From Chlorokybus atmophyticus (taxonomy: Eukaryota; Plantae; Mesostigma and Chlorokybus algae), in assembly GCA_009103225.1 (NCBI GenBank), contig RHPI01001116.1, forward strand, positions 62,001-126,000: a stretch of DNA of 64,000 nt, read 5' to 3'. Under the pieces are notes generated by a model. The model was not told the origin of the DNA. It was given only the letters and a program-made list of their open reading frames with translations, and made no database searches. Shown here in pieces: positions 9,354-26,971 of this stretch (positions within the stretch are counted from its first letter, which is position 1; every line of letters begins with the position of its first letter). The position numbers were made by a program, and so were the translations under genes.

Positions 9354-10899
9354 GACCGGGCAAATTCCGCACGGACCACTGTTCCACAACACAAACCTGG
9401 TCCAATACTGGCGTGCTATGTTGGGCTCATCATTGGTGGTCCCATCGACGTACCGGCCCAATAGTGATCTGGCAACCGGAGTTTAGTAGTCACGTCGACA
9501 TCGTGACCGATGTTGGTCCCGGTCATTAATGGCGCTATCATTGGCGTTGACACCCTGATCCATGATTGGCGCGCAACTTACCAATCCGTACATTATAGGT
9601 TTGGTAGCCTGCCTCCTCTAGTCCCATGGACATTGAAAACGATGTAAGTTCAAATGTCGACATTTGTAAAACACTGACTTGCGCCAATGTTGGCGTTATT
9701 GAACGAGGCCGTCGTTGTCGACATAGATTATGATGCCGCAGCTTGATGACCAACGGCCATCGCCCGTGAAATCCTTAGGGTAAGCTCAACATCTCAAGCT
9801 GAGAAACTCGTGACGCACATCATGCCAGCACTGACACTGCGGTACTGCCACTGTCATGCTGACAGTGTCTGTGCCGCAGTGACTAGATGTAGCCGCCGGT
9901 TGATGACCGGCGTTATCATGTTGAAATGTAACGAGCTTTGTAGTCTGAGAGCCCGAGCGCTGCCTTCCGGGTGTTCATCTCCTCACTAGTATCAATGGTT
10001 TTTAGGTGCTCGTCGACGTTGACAGAGGCGGACTTGTTTGAGCTTGTCAACGTCGACAGGCAGTGACGCGTAGGGCGAGGGTAACGTCGACGAGCGTTAA
10101 CCAATTTCTTGCGCCGACGCTTCAAGCTGTCGACAAGTTGTCGACGGCGACATGGTTGTGTGCTCAGTGGGCTTAAGGTTTGGGGTGAATGCAGTCGAAA
10201 AGATCCATTCAAGTTGGGGTATATTAGGACATACGATAAGAAATTCAGCCCAACCGAACTAACGGAAAGGCAGTCGACGCCAATGACATGTGTTGACGGA
10301 CGCTGAACAAAAAGGCAATACATCGATAGGCGTCAACGGTGACAAACAACAACAATTTACCATAATTGCCAAGCCTCACAACTTCTGTTGACGCTGACAA
10401 ATGCTGTTAAAAACCGAAATTCCGGCGACAAAGTGAGGTAATGGAATGCGCTCGGGCTCTTAAGCTGTTTTGTGCGTGCGCAATACAGTAGACGGTCCAT
10501 TGCCATGTCAAATGCTCACATTCACACGATTAGCCGCTAGTTAAATAATCATAGATTGCCACGCAGCTGCACGAGTCCTCATGCGTGACGACTCGTGCTT
10601 ATGTAACTGCATGACGCCAGCTGGTGGTTGAGCCAACCCGGCTGCAAATTTCGCGTTTGCACGCTGCGCCTGCAAGTAAGCAGGCTGGCTGGCGGTTATG
10701 CCACAAAGGCGGTGGCGTTAGTGCTGCTTTGTTGTTGGTTGCACAGCTTGCCGCATATTGGCAACAGGCTGGGCTAGCGTCATAGGAGCACGCCGGCTGC
10801 TTCTCCTCCTCGCCTAGGGACGGCGACCCTTACAGCCCTAGAGGTATGCAATGACACACCGCATGCGCTGCGCCATATGCATGTTTACGGTGCACTTTA

Positions 10900-13350
10900 G
10901 CATAGTTGTTGTGCACTGTTCAGTTCCAACATATGGTTGCTTCTCATGCACCAGGTGCCAAGGGTGTGCGGTATCTGAGATAAGGATGACGACGACGACT
11001 TCCACGTGCAGGATGAGCCCGAGGACAAGTTCGATGAAGATCTTGCGCATGTAGAGCAAGAACCTTTATTTGAGGGGAGCAAAGTAACGTGCTTAATGCT
11101 GTGCAAGCAGCAAGCTTGCTTTCTCTTAACTTATCGTCAAAGCATTGCTAGAGTGAGGTCTCCCTCTTATCGCTCCTGACACTCTTGCATGAGATGGTGC
11201 TGCCTCAACCAAACACGCTCCCAACCTCAAAGCGGGCCTTTGTCCGCAAGTTGCGACACTAGCCTTCAGTATCTTAAGCTACATGTTTGCGTTAACGAGT
11301 GCATCGTCTACAACGGGGAGTGGGAGGATGCCTCCAGATGTCCGGAGTGTGACAAGCCTCGTTACCGAGATGATGTGGAGAACACGGAGAAGCGTAAGCC
11401 TTAGAAGGTGTTCCGTTATCTTCCTTTGATTTCACGAATCAAGCATGCGTTCCGCCTAAGAGAATGGGCCCAAGCTTTATCCTACGCAACAAACTGCTCC
11501 TCCGATGGTTAGTTCAGGAGCATGCATGACGCACCCATCTAGACGGATATTGAGGAGCGCTACCTAAAGTTCAAAGAGGAGCCGCGCAACTTGCGGTTGG
11601 GGTTCACTACGGATGGAGTCAATCCATTCAAGCGAGGCCCTTCCGCCCAAAGTTCATACTCCATATGGCCACTCTCGGTGTTTTGCTGGAACCCGCCACC
11701 ATGGTTGGTCTTTAAGAAGAGCTTCATGTGGGTGGTCGGCATCATCCCAGCTAAGCTGTAGTATCTGTGCGTCAGACATTGCACCCTTGACTATTCGGTT
11801 CCGCTTTTTGCCTGCACAATCGACATATCAGGGCTGCTAAGCAGCATAAGCATTGCACAATCAACATATGTTGATTGACTATCCGCGTAATGTTGTCCAA
11901 CACATACGATCACACACAGCATGCACAGTGTGGTAGTGTTAGCAGTGACTGCAGTTCGGGCTGACACATGTCCTGTTGTTGACAGGGCCTCGCGAAGCTA
12001 CAAACATACATACATACTTGCGCGTGGTGGTGCAAGAGCTGCAGCTTTTTTGGAGAGGTGTGTGGGTGCATGATGTGTCAACATCGGTGTGTGCGAACGC
12101 AAGGTTCTTGGTCCGCGCCATCCTTGTCGCAGTAATCCATAATTTCCCCAGCCTGCGCAAGTGTGCATGTAGGTAAGTGTCTGGGTTCATTGGCTGTGCG
12201 GTTTGTGCCCCAACTTCAAGCATCGGTTTGTGAAATGGTTGGCAACGATGTTGTATTGTTGCCACCACTGCTTATTGCCACTTGACCACCACTTTCGCAC
12301 GCATCCTTCCATTAAGACACCGGAGACAAGACCTCCACCAGAGCATTTCACACACGAAGATGTTGTAAATAAGGCTCGCAAAGCAGACACCTTTGCTCGC
12401 ACGGGCAAGTCCCATGACATGCCTGTAGACCCGTCCAAACAGTCCGGTGTCAAGGGCTCCACTGCATTTATGGCACTCCCGTATTGGGAACACATGCCGG
12501 GACATCTTGTAGACCACATGCACACGGCGGCCAATGTCATTCAAAGGTTGTTGAAGTGTTTGCAAGGCAAGCAGGGGGACGACTTTAAAGATCGGTATGC
12601 GATGATGGCACGAGGGAGGAACCCCGAGTTGTGGACGGCCAAGAAGACCAACAAGAAGGGTGAGGAGATGACGTACAAGCCAAAAGCACCCTTTGTGTTC
12701 ACGCCCGAGGACGAGCGGGCACTCAAGACCCTGGAGCAACAAAGTTTCCCACCAGCTTTGGTGGCACGCAGCTAGCCGGCGTGCTTGTTGGTGACGGCCC
12801 ATACCACGCAACGACACACGCTTGACACAACATAGGTGAGCCTGATCCTTAAACTCTTCTCATGCCTTTGCATGTGCACGCATATGCACATGCATGACAA
12901 CGACTAGCAACAAGGTGCCGATGTGCGCACGCTTACGCACACATGCGCATGCATGTGTGCCTTCAACTCTCACATGCAGTCATGTCAGCCAATGCAATGC
13001 ACACGCAGACACTTTACTCCTCCCCGCCGCTGTGACTGGACGGCTGGGAAAGCAGCAATGAATGACACTGGTCCGTTTGGCGGACTGCTTGATCTTCAAT
13101 TCAGCGCCCTGGTTGCCATCTGACAGTCAGACGTTGCAAGCTTGGCAACAAGACATGGTTGAAGTTGTGTGCCTGATAGAGTGCGACTTCCCTGTCTCCG
13201 TTTGCACCATCATGTGCCACTTGCTGCTCGCACTATGGAGCAGGTTGTACGATGTGGGCCCATTCGACTGCATTTGGAGCGGACGAAGTCAACAAGACAT
13301 CAGACGCATGACGGTCAGCCGCAAAGCGCCTGAAGCCAGTGTTGGCACAT
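10900..13350 (+). pseudogene. CACTA transposase (Transposase_21/Tnp2-like, followed by a DUF4218-like region), intron-containing with premature stops
   Basis: LHVCVNECIVY...RCPECDKPRY; KVFRYLPL; EPRNLRLGFTTDGVNPF...YSIWPL...WNPPPWL; GPREATNIHTYLRVVVQEL; DHMH; VVCLIECDFPVSVCTIMCHLL. Several in-frame TAG stops. Confidence 0.9.
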
Positions 13351-13352
13351 TG

Positions 13353-13382
<30 letters not shown>
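13353..13382 (+). repeat. A30 homopolymer inside the CACTA element
   Basis: 30 consecutive A; no clear TSD. Confidence 0.9.
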
Positions 13383-13386
<4 letters not shown>

Positions 13387-15324
13387 ACGGGAGATACTCA
13401 TCAGCGCACCCAAAGCCATCCATGCTTGGCCACCTGCTCGAGGGCCGTTGCAATTACCAAATGAAGGTGTAAGGCTGCGCGGGCGCAAACAAATATCATA
13501 TTATACAAGGCGGACCGTGCACGCATCGACACGTACTTCCTCACCAACATTCCCAACCTAGCACTCCTCCATGGGTAAGGGTAAGTCACATCTTGTCAAT
13601 GTCCGGGCACATGCCACTGTGCACCGCATTGCCTTGAACAAGGCAACTCGGTCTCAACCATTGCTGCAGCTTGGCCAATGGCCGTGGCACTCAGGCATTT
13701 TGCTCAGTCGACTGACATCTAATTGTTAGCACTGCGCTCACCTTGCACAATGTTAAGCTGTGTGCTTGCATGCAGGTTGTACGACCAGCATTCTCGTGAA
13801 TTGGCTCGGAAACATGCTGCCTATGCAAGGGAGCGTGGGCGACAATGCACCTTTCCACCGGAATTATTGTCATCCCGCATAGCATGGTTGTTAGCCAACA
13901 CGAGTGCGGCTGAGCAGGTCGACCTTCGTGTGCAAGCCATGTTCATTGCCTTGTTCCACTCAAGCGCATGTGTTCGTCGGAATGCTGCTCAATGGCCAAC
14001 ACTTTCGCACGGAGCGGTGTGACAAGAGCTACAAGTCATATGACCGCGGAGTGAAAGATTAATTTGCACGAGCATTCAGATACGGCAGCAAGGACAAGAA
14101 CCCTCGTGAAGCCACGTTGCCCTATTGGGGCGTGCTGCTTGATGTCATTGAGGTATAGTACTTGGTGACGTGAAGGTGAGCATGCACATGTGAAATGTCA
14201 CAACTTGTGCACGAGCTGGCGGGGTAGTCCGATCAAACAACAAAAGCACGTGTCAGGCAGATGTTGCTGGACTAACATGTGCTGCATTTTTGCACTTGCA
14301 GGTTGCTTTGTGCCGGGTCAATGTTGTAAGTGCATTGTTCTTGCATACGTTTGTTGGCCTTGTTATTGGGCTTGATCATCAGCAATGTTCAAGTGTCCTG
14401 CTAACTGTTCAGTGTTGCCATAGCATGCACAACTGCAGGGCTTGCATGAGCTTTAACATTTTCCACGCATTGTACTTGTGGGCACGTGGACATGCATGCG
14501 CAAATGCACACACGTTTTCCGCTGCTCTTCAGGCGGTGTAAGCAAATGGGTGTTACGACGTGCACGTGCTTTTATAGCAGCGCCCGCAACACAGCATGAA
14601 GGTGAGAAAGAGCGGAGATGATGGTGACAATTGTGCTATGTGCGGCAATACACCATGCACTTGTTTTCCACCATTTCCCTCACACGTACAAATGCTCTCC
14701 AGGTGCAGAGCTGCGTTCAGGCGTGCACGCCTCCAGGCGCATACTTTGAAAGCATGTGCCCTCACGTCCAAGTGTAGTGAGATATGTAGTGATGTTGAAA
14801 TACAGCTGTGGTTGTGTAAACCAATCATAGGTTGGCAACTTACAACCCTGTCACACACAAGTTGCAAGTTTTACGCTTGTGTTGCCTTTGTTGCCTGCTG
14901 ATACTGATTGCGTCTTGCAATGTATTTCCCGCATGCAACAATATTTATGTATCCCGTCCAAGACTAGCAATGGTCCATACCACGCGCAGTAACGTGCATT
15001 ACCCAGCTTGTGCAGACCAGCATTGGCAAAAGGGCATGAAACCGCAATAAACATGCTGGTCCGGTAGTCGCACCATTATTGGCCGGTACGAGGTGGAAAA
15101 CTGGCTCAGTTTTAGGTCCATTGCTTTTGCACCATCACTGGCCGGTTTAACGTCAAAGTCGGCCCAATATCGGAAATCGGCCTGTCACCAATTTGTCGTT
15201 TTCAGAACTCGTTTTCGCCGATCGAGGCCAGTCTCGAGACTGGTCCGCGGATCCCGTGGACCTGCCAAAGGACACTGCTCCGGTACGTCGGGTCAAAATT
15301 GGTCCGCCGGAAAATTGCCCTGTG

Positions 15325-16700
15325 GTACTCTAGCAAAGCACAAGTACAACCTTGTGCACACGGCATGCGCCGTTTGTAACACCGTCATACTATGACACCG
15401 CAACTAAAATAGAATCTACGAAAGTACCGAGGTATCAGCCGATGTTTTGGTCACTCAGAGCATTCCTTGAGCAGCTGTATACACATGCTTACGATAGCTC
15501 AACAAGTCGTCGATTATAGCGTTACACAATTCACCGGGTGAATTCTGCAACGCTACATCAGGCTAATGTGCATGCTGATCAAGCCGAGTCTCACTGTTGG
15601 AGTCCGTGCTCAAGCTGTACAACTGCGAAATCTATCGTCTTAAGACATTATAAACCTAATGATTATTAACACGAGTTGAATGCACGAGAACATGGTGAAA
15701 TGCGTGTAAGTATTGATTTACATATTGTGAATAATGAAGCGCTTTATTAAAATTCCACTGAACAGCTTTATTGCCCTCATCATAACTTGAAGCAATGGTG
15801 TTTGTAACAGTTATTTAAAAACATATGCCACTGCTTGTAAGATTTGGGTTTACATCAATGTTAACTTCATAATTTGCAACCGTCGCTATTGTATTCAAAC
15901 GTTACCATGTTACCTACAATTCACATCATGGTAATGTTATTAAAAGTGCTAAAACGCCATAACTATGCAAATGCTAGTATTAAATTACAGGTTTATCGCA
16001 GATGATACAATAACCCATTTTAAATTATTAAGTTGTTACCTTTTAAATACCCCAATTTGTATAATGTCTCATTTTTAATAGAAGCATTACAGGAATATGA
16101 TTTTACTTGTTGCGAATAACATTGTGTCATAATCCAAAAAATTGTAACCTATATAGAATATCTTATGCGCTCTTGATTGTTTCCGCTTAATGTTGCACTG
16201 TGCAAACTATGCCACTCACAGTCCAATTATTGTGCAATTGTGTATAACTTTCAATCTTCAGTGTAACTGGAGTGTATTATGTTATTTCATAATGGCATTT
16301 TGCTATGGTCTGGTTGAATGTTCATGCATAACATGCAATGGCGTTTTATAATGTTAAGAAGAAATGTAATTAACAAATGTAAAATAGCAACGTAGACGCA
16401 TTCTTGTGCAATAGGCCGTTTAGCATAATAGAAAGAGGCAGATGGGTCAAAAACATATTTGTGATACATTGTAATATGCATCGGAAGATTGAACGACAGC
16501 TATTACGCATTTAAGGTTTTTTCCATATAATGTTTTCGCATATTACAGGGGGTAAGCATTTGTTGCACTTCGACAAGAATATCATTGAGGTAACCTCACG
16601 ACAATTGTCTTATAAAAGTGCAACAAAGGCTGTCCAGTAATTAAGGTTTTGACTTGTGGTACAAGGCTTACAAGGCTTTTTATGTTCTTCAAACATGAAA
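15325..16700 (-). mobile_element. Highly decayed Penelope-like RT (copy B, fragment 1)
   Basis: Ordered minus-strand remnants: FYYAK..LHKN (~16410), FLNNCY (~15815), GIL (~15750), RY(+1)IDDLLS (~15510), KHVY, TFVD, TRLY. Order and rough spacing match copy A. Confidence 0.5.
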
Positions 16701-18691
16701 AGCCCCACAGCCCCACAGCTGCCTTTTTATCTTTTCATGCATGTCAGAACATAATTATGCTGAGATGTTAACTTATCTTATACCATACCCACTTGCATTT
16801 CAACAATTCAACTATGCATCTCATTTAACCTCCCCGCGTCTTCTCCTCACGTTCCCCCACTGCACATAGCCTCAAAGATATGCTCGATGCAATATATTAT
16901 ATGTCTACTATCTGCCTAATTTTTCATGTGTGTAGCATGGTTTGGCATTATTGGCTGTTACATTAGCGCTTGAATGAAGGCTTGACTAATCACAAATCCT
17001 AAAAGCTCTTCAAATGTGAGCAATGGTTGCTCACATGTTTCAATGAAAAATGCCGAACGTAACAACGCGCGCTCATCATCAGTTACAACCATTGTGTTGC
17101 ATGATAACCTTCATATTGCACCAGACAACTTCAAGATTCAACCACATGATTTTCTCAAACTCATATGCTTCTAAAGAATCATTGAATCATTGAATCACTG
17201 TGTGATTTTTTATGCCTTCGGCTTTTCATGTGCACATGTAGATGTTTACAATTTACAAACATGCTGCTATTGCTTTGTCAAATTGAGAAAGCTAATCAAC
17301 GGGTATACGGATCAAGGCTTAAGCGGCACATCATGTGCGTTGCGTATGACACTTGCTATGTATTGTAAAATGAAATAATAACGTTCTTTAACGCATGTAC
17401 ATATCGTAATTAATCACAACTGCTATGTGTACATCACATGTTTTGCCTATGGTATGTCCATAGAGTAAGCATCTTGTATCGTATCGCATGTAAGACGCAA
17501 TTAGTATTGCAAAAGGAACTATTCATGCGTAATGTGAATAAACCCCTTGTGTATACAAAAATCCACATGATCCACATGATTACTCTTTGTACACATTTTC
17601 ATTGTATACATGTACAATGCCGTAAAAGTTCGGATGTGACACCTTTTGCACCCCCATATTTTCATTGCTTGTCTAATGAGGTTATTGTAAAGTTATCGCC
17701 TGAAAGGACTGCTCAAACCTTCAAAGCTTCCAATCATGCAAGTCATTACGTAAGCCTACCAGATGTTTTAGCGCCACCCAGTGTGACGGAAATCACGTTT
17801 TATGATGCAGCCGTGACTACCAGTCAAGCTGAGCACTGCAACTACAGAACTCAAAACTTTCTTAAACTTTGTTGCTGCGCAATTCGCGCTGCTTGCTGCG
17901 CAGTTTTACTCCAGGAGTGGCTGATAAGGTCAGAAAATCCGACGGCGTCACTGGTGTCGCGCACCGTCTGTGACGTCGTCCTGAATCAGACGGCTGGCAT
18001 TGGGTGGCCCTTCACGCGAGGGGCGCGTGTCAGCATTTCAAGTACGCAATCAATGGGATACATAATGCCAACAGGTTGTAAGGTCGTTCAAAAGTGCCCT
18101 TCCCCTTCCGCGGCCTGCGCAGCCGCAAATACCAGGCCCCCGAACCATCAGATGATCAGGTGGCACCGTCCTTGTTTGCTTGTTGCACAGCCAACCACGC
18201 GGCTCAACCGGGCAAAATAGTTGTAACGTTCTCTGACGGACTCTGGAATCCCACCAGATTCTCCCCTCAAAGTACCGGACGTACCGCAAGTACATGTACC
18301 AGCCTGTGGGATTCGCCACAGGCTTCGCGATGGGCATCAAGCAGCCCGGTACTAGATAGTACGACGTGCGTTCAACAGCTCGTAACAAGCATCTAACGTA
18401 ACTCTGGCCGTCCTGCGGCAATCAGTTACCACAGTCAAGCGGTGCAGTGTCTAGTGTTGTCGACGGCTTAATCATATCATCTGCCGTCACACATTGAAAC
18501 GAGCTTACGTTAGGCTTTTGTGCTAAGAACCCGCTTCTCGGCTCAATCGACGTTAGCACTTGACAGCATTGATGTACATGTGTTCCGCAGCGCGACTGTG
18601 ACAAGTGGCGGGGGCACGAAGTAGGGGTCCGGCGGCGGCGGCGGCGGCCGAAGGGCGCTTGCGGGGAACGTGGTTGAGGCCGTTTTTCAGC

Positions 18692-23296
<4,605 letters not shown>

Positions 23297-24710
23297 GGGT
23301 GCATGAGAAGACTGATGTGCACAGGGTTCTGTTTGAATAATACCTAATAAGTAGGGATTAGGTAGTGACATCCATTTTTTCCGGTAGTCAGTTCTGGTTG
23401 GATTCTGCCACTCAGTTTTGGGCACTGGCTGTGATTGGCAGCCAATTGCTATGTTACTCAAATAACAAAGTGCACAAGCGTTTGGTGTTCTACCGAGGCT
23501 TTGGGTGGATGTGCCTGCGGCTGATGTTGGTTGTCATACTGGTCTACTATTCAACTGCCAAACCTCAGAACCGCTAGTTGGTTGAACATGAGTGCTACTT
23601 GCGCACGCGACACTTGCAACATAGTAGTTTTTAAATGCACATCGCTGATGTTACTAGCGGCAGGTCTTAAGCAAATGTCAGCAGATCTGTTGTAATTATC
23701 CTAGTGCTGCAGGTGGCTGTGTTGTTGTTGGGTGCAACGCTAGCTGAATACGACAGTCACTTGTTGTGTTGTGAAGACAGTTAGAAGGCAGAAGTACTGG
23801 CCAGGGTAGTGTTCACTGTTTCGCGGCAAGTACATGATCCTGTTATGCTTCAGGTCATCAATAAATTATTACTACTGCTGCCTGCCTGCCTGCCTGCCTC
23901 CGCCCTTCTGCCTTGTGACGTGTGAGCTTAGGCATAGCCATGGACATGACCCGCACCCACTGTACGTCTATGATTAATAAGCAACTCATACGTTGTTTTG
24001 TATACAGCTAAGGCACGTAGATCGGCCATGCCCCTGCCTTACTTGATGCTGCCTGCTGAGCCCATGCTTGTTTGCTGCAAAGTTGTTAATGCTTGCATGC
24101 TGGTCCTGAATCTGCACTGCGTTTGATGATGTAGTGCAGCCTATATGATCCCAAACCCGCTATTGTGACGTCTAGCTGGGCATTGTATTGCCAGTTACCC
24201 GTCCGTCAGCACTTGCAGAGTTTGACTTGACAGTGCGCAGACAGTGAGCTGCACCACACAGTTTGCTGTCATTCTGGTTAACAACTGGGATCATGCTTAC
24301 CAGCCTATTATCTATTATCAGCCTATTATTCTGGCCTTCGTTGCTCTCTGGACTAGTTGCCAACAGGACTTGCGAGCACTTCTGCTTCCAGTGCACTTGA
24401 GCTGATGCTATGACATTCATCTCAACCATGCGCACCATACAGAAGGTGCATGGCGATGCTACACAACCTTTGCTGTGAGCCCTGGTGTGTAATGTGGTCA
24501 TCTATACACGTGCATATGCTTAATATGGTCATCTATACACATGCATGTGTCGAGCATGTTGCATACATCACATGCATATTCTGTACACTGCGCCCCCATC
24601 ATCTGCTGTCCGTCATTAGTGCGCTGTCTTGAAGTAAGGTCTATGGTACACCACAAGACCTATCTGCTTATTTACAGGAATGAGCATAGCACCTCATATG
24701 GTATGCGATA

Positions 24711-26221
24711 TCACAGCAACCGGGTGATCATGCTAGGCTTGCTGTGCTTCGTTTGCAATGAGGATACAAGCGGGAGTGTCACCACCTGCAAACGCTGTTC
24801 AGTACTGTCGTGGCTAAACGCGCACTGCACGCATCAACAGTACAGGCCTGTGGCCACACAAAGAGGCCTGGCCTATCTCTGGCAATCATGTTGTAACGTG
24901 CTGAAACTTACCATTTCAAAAATTAAAAGTCCAGATCCGACTTTACTTCACCAGATGCACTTGCAGCCTGCCCAAGGACACACGTATCAATTTTCATCAG
25001 ATTGGCGCACCTAGTATTCACATGCAAGCTATCTCTTGCATATCCAGCCTTGTATTGCTTAGCTATGCGCATACCGCTGAAGCATACAGGTCCAGCTTGA
25101 CACCGAATATTGCCACAAGAGCCTTATATCTGGCTCTCAACCCGAACAATGAATCCTGCAACAAATGTCCTTGACGCTGCTCTCCAACACTCGCAGCAGG
25201 CATGCAGTTGTCGCATATGTGCAAACCAGCTACTGCACAAGCTGGGCACATCAAACTGCTGATGCCAGCCACACCTGCAACTCTTCTGACTCGGGATGGA
25301 GCAGCGGGAAGCTGGCGATGACCTCATGCATTGATTGCAGCAACTTTTGCACTCTGTTCACAAAGCAGCGATTTGACCACAACAGCATCGAAGCGGTCTA
25401 ACCAAATCCTGGCATACCTGTCGGATAGTGCATCCGGCTGTGTGGACTGTATATGTCTCAAGACCCGCAGCAGCCCAGCATAGAAGCCAACCTCAGTGCC
25501 TGCACGGGCATGGATCACACTCTCAAGACTTCTGCATGGCATGCACTGCACAGCTTCTACAAGTAATGGCATAGATGCTGCAACCCGTTTAGTTGAAGTG
25601 CAGTAGTTACCAGCCATGCTTACGCCACAATGTATATATATGTATATATAAATGTATATATATATATATATATATATGTGTCGACTGTACCTATTTCAAA
25701 GCCACTGGACAAACCAGTGTCTCTGCCCTCCTGAAGCCCTTGAGCTGCCCCAACACTGCAATGCACGACATGACAAGTCATCCACCCAGTAACCCACAGA
25801 GTAGAAGTTGTTGGCAGACGGCAGATACACAACCCTCAACAATGCACACTGCCACACGAATGCACAGACCAAGTCATTGCTCATGCATGTGTGCTGCAGA
25901 GAGAGTGGCATGCTCACAACAGCACTTCCACCATCATGACATCAGCCCGAGAGTGCTGTGCAAGAAAGGAGTAGCTTGGCAGCTATTGGTGATGCAAAGC
26001 AGCGCAAATACACGATTGCAGCCGTAAGTCAATCGCAACCAATGACCAACACGTCATGTCACACACGCTGGTACCTAAACATGTTCCATGCTGCTTGCGG
26101 TCTGACAATGAAACCCTAGGGAAAGTTGTAACAAATATCATCCTCACCGTCTTCCCTCATCCCTGCCCGCGTCGCAGAAGGAACGCTCTAAATCTATGGA
26201 GGAGTCAAAAAGATCACCCAT
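24711..26221 (-). CDS. LTO1: LTO1/ORAOV1-like protein (Yae1_N/DUF1715 family; Rli1/ABCE1 maturation factor), about 6 exons
   Basis: Spliced: MGDLFDSSIDLERSFCDAGRDEGRR-VGAAQGLQEGRDTGLSSGFEIG-TEVGFYAGLL...-VQKLLQSMHEVIASFPLLHPESEELQ-DSLFGLRARYKALVAIFGV. Shows the Gx3-repeat deca motif and the FP..P..E and RARYK motifs. The last exon and stop are uncertain. Confidence 0.8.
25631..25678. repeat. (TA)n microsatellite in an LTO1 intron
   Basis: Interrupted TATATA run. Confidence 0.85.
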
Positions 26222-26971
26222 GCCGCAAATGCAAGCGATCACCACCAGCTACGCGACGCATGACGTTCACAAGAAGCATGCAAACACAGGCGGGACAGCC
26301 AGCCAACCAGCCTGCTGCGTACGCTAGGGCTATCCCCACGTTGACAAGACCGCCGCCAACGCCGCCGCTGCGCCTGCCACGCGTCGCACGCTGCGCGAGC
26401 GTCACCAGATGGCAACTCGCGGCTTTGCTTCAAAGCAAGTCGCGTGACATTCAGTACAGGCATGCGCGGCGCTGATGTCTGCAGCTTGCTGCGGAGGGGC
26501 ATCCGCGCCCGCGCTTCACGCTTTGGCGCTCACGCTGGCGTTAAGGCGTCGAGGGATTAAGCAGGCCGGGGTGCTTGTGTGATATCGGTGGGTTTGCTGG
26601 GCTCAACAGCGACGCAGCGACGGCACAGGTGTCGATAACGGTGGTATCTTGCCACCAGAGATTGGCAGTTAAGGTTAAGGCTTACTTGAAACGCCAGCTT
26701 GGAATCACGGTACAGGCATTCCTGTGACAGTGTTGACCAGCGGCGGTGGCGGCAACGGCGGCGGCGGGGTTGGTGGTGTGACTGTGAAAAGTGTTTGGAA
26801 TGGTTGCTGGTAAAAGGATGTCGCTCGCCAACCACAATGCCTCTGTGGCGGGTACGCACAGGCATGTGCCGGTCTGCGAAGCGTGATTTAGTGGCACTGG
26901 AAGGTTAGGTGCTCCTCCCCGCCGTGCGAGGCCGCCAGGAAGGGCTTGGTAGTGGTGGTGAGTCAGGGACG

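Larger units (their letters stand above)
9354..15324 (+). mobile_element. CACTA/EnSpm-superfamily DNA transposon, degenerate
   Basis: Contains a Tnp2-type transposase pseudogene. Imperfect terminal inverted match: GACCGGGCAAATTCCG at 9354 versus rc CACAGGGCAATTTTCCG ending 15324. 3-bp flanks ATA/GTA. Repeat-rich subterminal regions. The flanking PLE text resumes on both sides. Confidence 0.75.

Noticed and set aside
9835-9890. Helitron 3' end (hairpin followed by CTAG)
   Set aside because: CTAG is followed by A rather than T, the hairpin is longer and closer than typical, and no matching 5' TC end was found.
17920-17945. Minimal hammerhead ribozyme (CTGATAAG-GTCA-GAAA)
   Set aside because: The essential CUGANGA core has A in place of G8, and there is no stem II pairing.
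18100-18180. TPP riboswitch (ACCTGATC...CTGCGCAGG on the minus strand)
   Set aside because: Lacks the CUGAGA pyrimidine-sensor helix and the UAAU loop, and the spacing is wrong.
17438-18220. 260-codon plus-strand ORF
   Set aside because: Non-ATG start, spans an AT-rich fossil and the structured block, no recognisable motifs; likely a chance open frame.
18050-18421. GIY-YIG endonuclease reading of GWYMYLRYVRYFEG
   Set aside because: Spacing and residues do not fit GIY-x(9-11)-YIG, and no downstream Arg/Glu/Asn motifs are evident.
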